From Polyangiaceae bacterium (GTDB taxonomy: Bacteria > Myxococcota_A > Polyangia > Polyangiales > Polyangiaceae): a stretch of 64,000 bases of DNA. A program made the position numbers and the translations under genes. Below are positions 30,146-37,594 of the stretch, piece by piece. The stretch is from the NCBI GenBank assembly GCA_044376115.1, contig JBILLK010000016.1, positions 64,001 to 128,000 of the forward strand, written 5' to 3'. Position 1 is the stretch's first letter. The number at the start of each line of letters is the position of its first letter. Below the pieces are notes generated by a model, which saw only the letters and a program-made list of their open reading frames with translations, did no database searches and was not told the origin of the DNA.

Positions 30146-30155
30146 GTTGCATTAC

Positions 30156-30860
30156 TCACTTCGCGAGCTTGCAATCCGAAACGGTGCCGGCGAACCAATC
30201 CTCGTTCTTCTCGTTCCAGGCCCCGGCGATGTCCCAGCGCACGGCGGGCGAGTTGATCTTGCCCTCGACCTTGAACTGGCACTTGAGCGTGAAGCGATCT
30301 TTCGGCCGAACGCTCTTTTCGAGCTCCGGTGCACTCCAAACGCCCGCGGCTAGCAGCCGGGCCGAACCATCGGCGAGCGAGTAGGGCCGCAGCATGTTGC
30401 CGTCTTCGAGCTTCTTCTCGTGACGCTTGCTCTTCGACTCGTATTCGCAACGCTTACCGGCGAGCTCCGTCTCCGAAGCGCAGGAAAGCTTGGTGTCGTC
30501 GGCCGGATCGAGCGTCAAATCGACGGCGACAGTCTGCCCGACACGCCACTTGGGAGCGCCCCCGCCGAACGGGTTGTCGAAGCTGCCGAGGAACCAAAAG
30601 CCGCCGGCAAGCAGCACCATCACGGCAAAAAAGACGAACACGCTCTTGCCGAGGCCGGCCTCTGGAGAGGGGGGCTCAACCTCCTGCGTCGAGTGCGGCT
30701 TCGGCGTCGGTCGAGGCTCAGCTCCCTTGTTCGCTGAAGCTTTCTTCGGCGCGGGGGCCTCTGCTTCATCCTCGTCTTCCGCCGCCTGATCTTCGTCTTC
30801 CGCTGCGGAATCTTCGCCTGCGAGCTCTTCTTCAGCCGCTTTGTCGTCGTCCTTGGCCAT
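30156..30860 (-). CDS. Single-pass membrane protein, acidic N-terminal tail, Cys-containing outer domain
   Basis: D/E-rich N-terminus, TM VFVFFAVMVLLAGGFWFL, four Cys in the C-terminal domain. Confidence 0.8.
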   Translation of the reverse strand: MAKDDDKAAEEELAGEDSAAEDEDQAAEDEDEAEAPAPKKASANKGAEPRPTPKPHSTQEVEPPSPEAGLGKSVFVFFAVMVLLAGGFWFLGSFDNPFGGGAPKWRVGQTVAVDLTLDPADDTKLSCASETELAGKRCEYESKSKRHEKKLEDGNMLRPYSLADGSARLLAAGVWSAPELEKSVRPKDRFTLKCQFKVEGKINSPAVRWDIAGAWNEKNEDWFAGTVSDCKLAK

Positions 30861-30956
30861 TGCGCGCCGACCATATCAACGACTCGGCCCGATGTCACAG
30901 CCGGAAGGCGTCCGGTCGAGAATGACCTGCAGTCGGCCCGAGAGCGCGCGGCCGCC

Positions 30957-31613
30957 CTACCAATCGGAGAAGCGAAAGCCCAACGCGGCGCCGCCCGCGT
31001 AGGTTGCACCGAGCCTCATTTCACCGATCAAAAGGCCGACCTGGCCGGTCAGCCCGAAGTACGGATTCCAAACCCGATTCATCAGCGGGTCGATCTCCAT
31101 CTGCACCCGCAAAAGCAGCTCGCCGGTGTGGTCGAAGCCCTCGCCGATACCGCGTCCGAGCGCGTGGTAGGCGCCACCAAAGCCACCGCCCAGGCGAAAC
31201 CAACGCCAAGGCTTCTGGTACATGGCGTTGAGGCCCGCGCTGAAGGCCTCATCCCCGCCCAGAATCTGGCCGCCGGCAAAGCCGATCTCGGTGTAAAACC
31301 CTCCGATCCGCGTCTCACTGCCCAGCGAGATGGTGGCGGTCTCCTGCAACACGGCGAAGTCGGGGACGCCGTCCAGATCGTCATCGGCGGGCATCCCGCG
31401 AATGATTGCGCCCGCGTCGGCGCGCATGCTGAAGGCGAGAGAGGGCGGCCGCTGCACCGGGGCAATGCCAACGGGGAGGCCCGCAGGCACCCCGTTGGCC
31501 GAGCCGGTGGCCGCTCCATTGGCGACCACCTGGGCTTCAGCCGTTCGCAGCGGCAGCAGCCCGAGCGCAGCCGTTGAAGCCAGAAGCAACCACCTTGAGC
31601 ACGAACGCCGCAT
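30957..31613 (-). CDS. Secreted hypothetical protein, probable small outer-membrane beta-barrel
   Basis: Signal peptide ending AEA-Q, Gly/aromatic strands, C-terminal LGFRF, DDDLDGVPD loop. Start uncertain (31613 or 31655). Confidence 0.6.
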   Translation of the reverse strand: MRRSCSRWLLLASTAALGLLPLRTAEAQVVANGAATGSANGVPAGLPVGIAPVQRPPSLAFSMRADAGAIIRGMPADDDLDGVPDFAVLQETATISLGSETRIGGFYTEIGFAGGQILGGDEAFSAGLNAMYQKPWRWFRLGGGFGGAYHALGRGIGEGFDHTGELLLRVQMEIDPLMNRVWNPYFGLTGQVGLLIGEMRLGATYAGGAALGFRFSDW

Positions 31614-31662
31614 GCATCGTCTTACGTTGGCGGCGTGAGGCTCTGCGCGGCGCAATGCTGCT

Positions 31663-31995
31663 TTACGTGGCGCACACTTCGGAGCGGGTGAGGAAGCGTT
31701 TGCCGCTGGGAGCTTCGAGCGAAAAGCCGCTGCCGCGCCCCTTCACGACGTCGATGGTGAGCTCGGTGTGTTGCCAACGCTCCCACTGATCCCCGCCGAT
31801 GTAGAAAGGGCACCCCTCGATCTCGCCGAGCAGTACGTCGCGCTCGCCCAGACGGAAGTCACCGAGCACGAAGCACATCGGCGCGCTGCCGTCACAGCAG
31901 CCGCCCGATTGGTGAAACATCAGCGGGCCGTGCAACGCCCGAAGCTCACGGATCAGCTCCGCGGCCTCGGGGGTGCAGCGAACGGTCGAGCTCAG
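31663..31995 (-). CDS. DUF779-family protein (aldehyde dehydrogenase-associated)
   Basis: [20 protein letters not shown]...[18 protein letters not shown]. The conserved-looking N-terminal helix extends up to a CTG at 31995. Confidence 0.85.
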   Translation of the reverse strand: MSSTVRCTPEAAELIRELRALHGPLMFHQSGGCCDGSAPMCFVLGDFRLGERDVLLGEIEGCPFYIGGDQWERWQHTELTIDVVKGRGSGFSLEAPSGKRFLTRSEVCAT

Positions 31996-33512
31996 AAGAA
32001 CCCCATCGGATTCGGATCGTAGCTCACGAGCAGGTTCTTGGTCTGTTGGTAGTGCGCCAGCATCATCTCGTGGTTCTCACGCCCAATGCCCGACTGCTTG
32101 TAGCCACCGAAGGCCGCGTGCGCCGGATACAAGTGGTAGCAGTTGGTCCACACACGGCCAGCCTGAATCGCGCGACCCGCGCGGTAGGCGGTGTTCATGT
32201 CGCGCGTCCAAACGCCCGCCCCAAGGCCGTACAGCGAGTCGTTGGCGATCGAGATCGCCTGGTCGAAGTCTTTGAAGGTGGTGGTCGAAACGACCGGCCC
32301 GAAGATCTCCTCTTGGAAGATGCGCATGTTGTTCTGCCCGGCGAAAACGGTGGGCTCCACGTAGTAGCCGCCAGCAAGATCGCCGGAGAGCTGGGCGCGC
32401 GCTCCGCCCGTGAGCACCTTCGCGCCCTCTTTCTTGCCGAGCTCGATGTAGCTGAGGATCTTCTCCAGCTGATCGTTCGAGGCTTGGGCGCCAACGCTGG
32501 TCTTCGGATCCAGCGGGTTACCCGGCATGTGGTTCTTGGTCCGCGCCAAGGCTCGCTCGAGGAACTCGGCGGCGATGCTCTCTTGAATCAGCGCGCGCGA
32601 AGGGCAGGTGCAAACCTCGCCTTGGTTGAGCGCGAACATGTTGAAGCCCTCGAGCGCCTTCTCGACGAAGCTGTCTTTCTTCGCGAGCACGTCCTCAAAG
32701 AAAATGTTGGGCGACTTGCCGCCGAGCTCGAGCGTCACCGGGATCAAGTTCTCGGAGGCGTATTGCATGATCAAACGGCCGGTCGTGGTCTCGCCGGTGA
32801 ACGCGATCTTCGAGATGCGCTTGCTCGATGCGAGCGGCTTTCCAGCCTCGATGCCGAAGCCGTTGACGACGTTGACGACACCGGCGGGCAGCAGATCGCC
32901 GATCAGCTCCATCAGTACCAAGATCGACGCGGGCGTTTGCTCCGCAGGCTTGAGCACCACGCAGTTGCCGGCCGCGAGCGCCGGCGCGAGCTTCCACGTC
33001 GCCATCAGGAGCGGGAAGTTCCAGGGGATGATCTGGCCAACGACGCCGAGCGGCTCGTGAAAGTGATAGGCGATGGTGTTGTCGTCGAGCTGCGAGGTGC
33101 GCCCTTCTTGGGCGCGAATGCAGCCAGCGAAGTAGCGGAAGTGGTCGACCGTCAGCGGCAAGTCTGCGGCCAGCGTCTCGCGCACCGGCTTGCCGTTGTC
33201 CCACGTCTCAGCGACCGCCAACATCTCCAGGTTTTGCTCGATGCGATCGGCGATCTTGTTGAGCAGGATGGCCCGATCACCCGCCGAGACTTTGCCCCAC
33301 GACCCCTTCGCAGCGTGCGCTGCATCGAGGGCTGACTCGATGTCTTCAGCCGTGGAGCGCGGGATCTCGCAGAAGGGGCGGCCGGTCACCGGCGTAACGT
33401 TCTCGAAGTATTGGCCTTTGGCCGGCTCTTTCCATTGTCCGCCGATGAAGTTGGCGTAGCGGCTCTTGAACTGGACCTTGGAACCGCTCTGATTCGGGGG
33501 GACGTAAACCAT
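31992..33512 (-). CDS. aldB: NAD-dependent acetaldehyde dehydrogenase (AldB/AcoD/ExaC type), 506 aa
   Basis: [28 protein letters not shown] (catalytic Cys), [24 protein letters not shown] before ATG 33512. Confidence 0.95.
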   Translation of the reverse strand: MVYVPPNQSGSKVQFKSRYANFIGGQWKEPAKGQYFENVTPVTGRPFCEIPRSTAEDIESALDAAHAAKGSWGKVSAGDRAILLNKIADRIEQNLEMLAVAETWDNGKPVRETLAADLPLTVDHFRYFAGCIRAQEGRTSQLDDNTIAYHFHEPLGVVGQIIPWNFPLLMATWKLAPALAAGNCVVLKPAEQTPASILVLMELIGDLLPAGVVNVVNGFGIEAGKPLASSKRISKIAFTGETTTGRLIMQYASENLIPVTLELGGKSPNIFFEDVLAKKDSFVEKALEGFNMFALNQGEVCTCPSRALIQESIAAEFLERALARTKNHMPGNPLDPKTSVGAQASNDQLEKILSYIELGKKEGAKVLTGGARAQLSGDLAGGYYVEPTVFAGQNNMRIFQEEIFGPVVSTTTFKDFDQAISIANDSLYGLGAGVWTRDMNTAYRAGRAIQAGRVWTNCYHLYPAHAAFGGYKQSGIGRENHEMMLAHYQQTKNLLVSYDPNPMGFF

Positions 33513-33540
33513 GGAGACCTCCTGGGTGATGGCTCGCATG

Positions 33541-33556
33541 AGCAACCTCCAGGCCA
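33541..33556 (-). promoter_or_regulatory. Sigma54 (-24/-12) promoter of aldB
   Basis: Minus strand TGGC-CTGGAGG-TTGCT (GG-N10-GC), 29 nt upstream of aldB and divergent from a sigma54 activator. Confidence 0.85.
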
Positions 33557-33748
33557 TGCCTGCGTCATCGCGAACATGACTTGAGATTCGACAAAATCGG
33601 CTGTTTTGGTGCTGTTCGCACGATCGGATCGCTTGCTCTGTACGCAAACAGCTGCGCCGAAACGGAACAACATGACGCGCTGCTCCGCGACCTGTTCGAA
33701 GCCAGCAAAGCGCTGACCGACTGACGTCTCCATGCGACAATCAGCCGG

Positions 33749-35575
33749 GTGCTAGTCCTGACCGAGCCGCAGCATGAGAGCGTACGTGAGCGTTGGGCTC
33801 GCGTCGCGAAGCTGGGCTTGCCGCGCGAGTCGGACGCCGATCCCGTGCTCACCTCGGAGCATGAACTGCTCACGAGGCGCGAAGGGCTGGTGGAGGTTTT
33901 TCGCGAGGAGCGCGAGATCCTTACCTCCTTCTCCGGCGAGCTATTGAGCGGGCCGCGCGTCGTGATCGTGGCCGACGCAGAAGGCGTGATTCTCTCGGCG
34001 CGCAGCCAATGGAATGAGGTGGACGGCTCCACCCGGATGCGGTTGGTCGAGGGAGCACACTGGGGCGAGTCGACGCGGGGTACCAACGCGATCGGCACCG
34101 CTGCGCTGGAGGGACGCGCAGTCGCTGTGGTCGGCGGCGCTCACTACGAGCTGCGCAACCGCGAGCTCTACTGCTACGCGACGCCGGTTCGTGACGCGTA
34201 CGGCGATGTCGTCGCGATCCTCGACGTCTCCGGCCCGCTCGCGCGGCATGACGAACGCATTGGCATCGCGGTGCAAGCCGCAGGTTTGGCGATGGAGCGC
34301 GCGCTGCGGTCGGTCGCCTTTGCGGACTCGCGCAGCGGCGCCCTGGCGACGATTGAGCGTCTGATTGAGCGCTCCTCCGACGCCTCCCTGCTCGTCGACG
34401 CGAGCGGCCTCGTGCGCGTGATGAACCGCAGCGCGCGCAAAGCGCTCGGGCTCGCGCCCAGCCTGCACCTCGCCTCCACGTTGACCTGCGAGCAGGTGTT
34501 CGGCGTCAAGTTCGCGCAGTTGATGAGCGGCGCCGGACGGGAGAACGCGCGCTTTGAGACGCAGACCGGGCTCTTCCGCGTCTCGATCGAACCGGTGTTG
34601 GGGCGAGCGGGGCGCCCACTTGCAGCGCTAGTTCGGCTCGAGCTGGAGCAGACGCCCGTTGCTCGCCCAACTGAGTCGGCCGCCTTCGCTCGCATCCTTG
34701 GTCAAGACCCGCTGATCCTGAAGGCCAAGACGTTGGCGGCCACCTTCGCGAAGACCCCGCTGCCCATCTTGCTTCTGGCGGAAACAGGGACCGGCAAAGA
34801 GCTGTTTGCGCGTGCGATCCACGCTGAGAGTGAGCGTCGCGAGAAGCCCTTCGTCGCGGTCAATTGTGGCGCGCTCGCGCCCGAGCTGATCGCCAGTGAG
34901 CTGTTCGGTGTGGCGCCCGGCGCGTTCACCGGTGCAGCTCGCGCGGGCAGCGAAGGGCGAATCGCGGCGGCGAACGGCGGAACGCTCTTTCTCGATGAGA
35001 TCGCTGAGATGCCTGCGGCGTTGCAGGCCTCGCTGCTGCGCGTGCTCGACGATGGCGTCTACCAAAGGGTCGGCGATACAAAGGACCGCAAAGCTGACTT
35101 CCGCCTCGTTTGCGCGACCTGTCGCGACTTGCCGGCGATGGTCGCCGACGGTCGCTTTCGCAAGGACCTCTTCTATCGCATCCACGGCGCCTGCGTGACG
35201 TTGCCGCCGCTGCGAGAGCGCGAAGATGTGGTCTGGCTCGCGCAAAAGCTGCTTGAGCCGCACGCACTCCTGCTCGCCGAGTCAGCCGCCGACTTCGTTC
35301 GTAGCCATGATTGGCCAGGCAACGTGCGCGAGCTGAAGAGCGCCATGGCGCATGCGGCCGCGCTCGCCAACGGCAGTGGCCATGTGAAACGTGAACAGCT
35401 ACCGGCCGTCCTCGTGCCCACGCAGCCCAAGCCAGCGCCACAAACTCGAGACGGCATCCTGCAACACGCCATTGAGGACGCGTTGCGCGCCTGCGGTGGC
35501 AACGTGAGTGAGGCTGCGCGGCGCCTTGGGGTGGGTCGCGGCACGGTCTATCGCGCCTTGCGCGGTCAAAAGTAA
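33749..35575 (+). CDS. Sigma54-dependent activator, AcoR type (GAF + AAA+ + Fis HTH)
   Basis: W.E...GTNAIGTA GAF, ETGTGKE, GAFTGA, LFLDEI, FRKDLFYR, WPGNVREL, NVSEAARRLGVGRGTVYR. Confidence 0.93.
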   Translation: MLVLTEPQHESVRERWARVAKLGLPRESDADPVLTSEHELLTRREGLVEVFREEREILTSFSGELLSGPRVVIVADAEGVILSARSQWNEVDGSTRMRLVEGAHWGESTRGTNAIGTAALEGRAVAVVGGAHYELRNRELYCYATPVRDAYGDVVAILDVSGPLARHDERIGIAVQAAGLAMERALRSVAFADSRSGALATIERLIERSSDASLLVDASGLVRVMNRSARKALGLAPSLHLASTLTCEQVFGVKFAQLMSGAGRENARFETQTGLFRVSIEPVLGRAGRPLAALVRLELEQTPVARPTESAAFARILGQDPLILKAKTLAATFAKTPLPILLLAETGTGKELFARAIHAESERREKPFVAVNCGALAPELIASELFGVAPGAFTGAARAGSEGRIAAANGGTLFLDEIAEMPAALQASLLRVLDDGVYQRVGDTKDRKADFRLVCATCRDLPAMVADGRFRKDLFYRIHGACVTLPPLREREDVVWLAQKLLEPHALLLAESAADFVRSHDWPGNVRELKSAMAHAAALANGSGHVKREQLPAVLVPTQPKPAPQTRDGILQHAIEDALRACGGNVSEAARRLGVGRGTVYRALRGQK

Positions 35576-35606
35576 CTTTGGCGCTTAGCTCGACCAAACA
35601 GCGGAC

Positions 35607-35658
35607 AAAAAAAAGCGCCTGCTCGACGGTTGGGGGGGGAGTCCGTCACAGGCGCTCG
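35607..35658 (-). ncRNA. Candidate sigma54-dependent small RNA (~52 nt, single hairpin with C8 loop, U8 tail)
   Basis: Minus strand AGCGCCTG-T-GACGG-ACTCCCCCCCCAA-CCGTC-GAG-CAGGCGCT-TTTTTTT begins about 2 nt after the TSS predicted from the sigma54 promoter at 35669-35684. Confidence 0.6.
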
Positions 35659-35668
35659 TGTTCTCCTT

Positions 35669-35684
35669 TGCAGCTCGTGTGCCA
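35669..35684 (-). promoter_or_regulatory. Sigma54 (-24/-12) promoter
   Basis: Minus strand TGGCAC-ACGAG-CTGCA, exact GG-N10-GC spacing, intergenic. Confidence 0.7.
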
Positions 35685-35721
35685 TCGCATTCTTGCGCAG
35701 AATCGTGGGGCATCCGTTCGG

Positions 35722-35748
35722 ACCACGTTTCAACGCTGAAAACGTGGT
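35722..35748. promoter_or_regulatory. Inverted repeat, candidate enhancer-binding-protein site
   Basis: ACCACGTTT-N9-AAACGTGGT centred about 77 bp upstream of the predicted sRNA TSS. Confidence 0.45.
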
Positions 35749-35793
35749 TGCAGCTTTGAAGGCGAACCGTTGGTCAGCAGCGATGTTGACCGG

Positions 35794-36669
35794 TCAAAAA
35801 CGCGCCCCAGCGGCGAGCCCGACCGTCGGGAGCTTTACGTACGAGGAGTAGATCTCGTCGAGCTTCTGATTGAGCGCGGCGTTCACCATGGTCAGGCCAG
35901 CCGTGGCGACGGCGTTGTTTGCAAGCTCGTCCGGAAGCTCGATCGAGGAGGACGACGCAACGGTTTGGACGTAGCCCAGCGATGCGCGCACCATGAAGTA
36001 GTCGGCGATCACCCAGCGCCATCCCAGCGCGACGTGGACGTTGTGCAGCGTCGAGTCGATCTGAATCTCACTGTCCGGGATTGCGGTTGGCAGCGCGGTG
36101 CCAGTCGCTGCTTCCACCGCGGTGCGAGCCGAGATGCCGCCACCGAGCGAAGCCAACGTGTAGCCGCCAAAGAACTCGAAGCCGTAGTCGGGGAAGGGGC
36201 GAAAGCCTGCTGAGAGCCGAACGACCAGCGAGTCTCCCAGGCCTTCGCGCACGAGCTCGGACGTTGCTTCATCGTACACGCCGGCGCCCGAGAGGCCGCT
36301 GTCGATGGCGTTGACCGAGAACTGCGGCAGCACGCCGAGCTCCCCTTGCACGAGGAAGCCGTACGGCAGCTCCAGCGTCGCCTGGCCGCCCAACATGATC
36401 GGGAGTTGCAACGAGAGGGCGAGATCGACGTGAACCTGTTCGGACTCCGACCCCGCGTCGCTGGGCAGTGAACCGCCGGCTGGCGTTGGTTCGGATGGCT
36501 CCGCGAGCGGAGCCTGCGCCGCTGTTGAGGAAGGTGCGATCGCGGACAACGGTGGCTCCGCGAGAGCCGCGCTGGGGCCAATCACGAGCAGCCAGACGAC
36601 GAGTAGACGTTGCACCAAGCGTTGAAAGCGTTGCTGCGAATCAGACCCGTCGTCGGCGCGAGTTGGCAT
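35794..36669 (-). CDS. Probable outer-membrane beta-barrel protein
   Basis: Signal peptide ...AALA-E, amphipathic strands (LGWRW, VRASLGY), C-terminal beta-signal-like AAGARF. Start uncertain. Confidence 0.7.
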   Translation of the reverse strand: MPTRADDGSDSQQRFQRLVQRLLVVWLLVIGPSAALAEPPLSAIAPSSTAAQAPLAEPSEPTPAGGSLPSDAGSESEQVHVDLALSLQLPIMLGGQATLELPYGFLVQGELGVLPQFSVNAIDSGLSGAGVYDEATSELVREGLGDSLVVRLSAGFRPFPDYGFEFFGGYTLASLGGGISARTAVEAATGTALPTAIPDSEIQIDSTLHNVHVALGWRWVIADYFMVRASLGYVQTVASSSSIELPDELANNAVATAGLTMVNAALNQKLDEIYSSYVKLPTVGLAAGARF

Positions 36670-36766
36670 GAAGGCTCCTGCTGCGTGGAACCTGTTCCCA
36701 CGCAACACGATCGATGCGCGCAACTTCGCAACGATTCACGCTGTAGGTGTTTTCACGCGCCCGCGG

Positions 36767-37585
36767 TCAGCGCACGATGCGCAGCTCTTTGCCCAGCCTG
36801 CCCAGATAAGTTGGGAACGGTACGATCTGACCGCGCTTGCGATCCTTCAAGCGGAAGCTTGGCCGAAAGTCCTTGTCGACGAGCTGCAACAAGCGCCCGC
36901 CGGCCACCAAGCGAAAGTCCTCCTCCGCGAGATCGCGAGGGCACGTCGGATCGCCGTCTTCGGCGAAGACGCGCAACATGTCGGCGATGTCAGCCCGCAG
37001 GAACTCTTCACTCAACCCGTACGCCTTGCCTGCGTCCAACATCTGAAGCTCGGTCAGTTGCCAAACGCGGTCCACCTGCTTGCCTCTCACGGCGCCGTCC
37101 AACGCGGCCAAGACCGCTCGTGCTTCCTCGCGCAAAGCGTCGTCGAGCGTGAGCACCGGCCAGCTCTCCCATTGCCACGGACCGAACGCGGAGCCCATCG
37201 TCACGGCGGAAGACACCGAGTACGGGAACGTCAGCTGGTTGGGCTTCGGCGCATCCCACTCGAAGGCCGCCTCGGCTAGCAACGTCCCACTCTCCGCAGT
37301 CCCTTCGTCTCCTTCTTTGAAGCGCAGCAGCCGAGCGACCGCGCGTATTTCTTTGCGTTCGACCAAGCGCGTTTCGCTGCGGGCCTTCGACGGCGTTGGG
37401 CCCGGCTCAACCAACAGCTCGAGTTGATTGTCCCCGCGTGTGAGCCACTGTTGCACCGCGATGTTCTCGCCGCCCATGGTCACGCCGTGAGCCAGCCGAA
37501 TCAGCGGCACCGAGTTCAAGTACAGCTCCGCCGCGCAGCCGTGGATCTCGAGCTGCGCCATCACCACTGAATCAGGGTCACTCAT
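36767..37585 (-). CDS. Hypothetical cytoplasmic protein (272 aa)
   Basis: Globular-looking ORF 9 bp downstream of 37595..39529, no signal peptide. Confidence 0.75.
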   Translation of the reverse strand: MSDPDSVVMAQLEIHGCAAELYLNSVPLIRLAHGVTMGGENIAVQQWLTRGDNQLELLVEPGPTPSKARSETRLVERKEIRAVARLLRFKEGDEGTAESGTLLAEAAFEWDAPKPNQLTFPYSVSSAVTMGSAFGPWQWESWPVLTLDDALREEARAVLAALDGAVRGKQVDRVWQLTELQMLDAGKAYGLSEEFLRADIADMLRVFAEDGDPTCPRDLAEEDFRLVAGGRLLQLVDKDFRPSFRLKDRKRGQIVPFPTYLGRLGKELRIVR

Positions 37586-37594
37586 GCCGGCACG

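Noticed and set aside
32046..33335. 429-aa plus-strand ORF opposite aldB (likewise 47246..48700 opposite mfd and 60938..62074 opposite the kinase)
   Set aside because: In-register antisense frames of well-supported genes, produced by codon bias, with no independent features.
35659..35668. AAGGAG Shine-Dalgarno-like sequence on the minus strand near the candidate sRNA
   Set aside because: It lies between the -12 box and the predicted TSS. The only start codon nearby (GTG 35649) is too distant and buried in the hairpin stem, so no small peptide is called.
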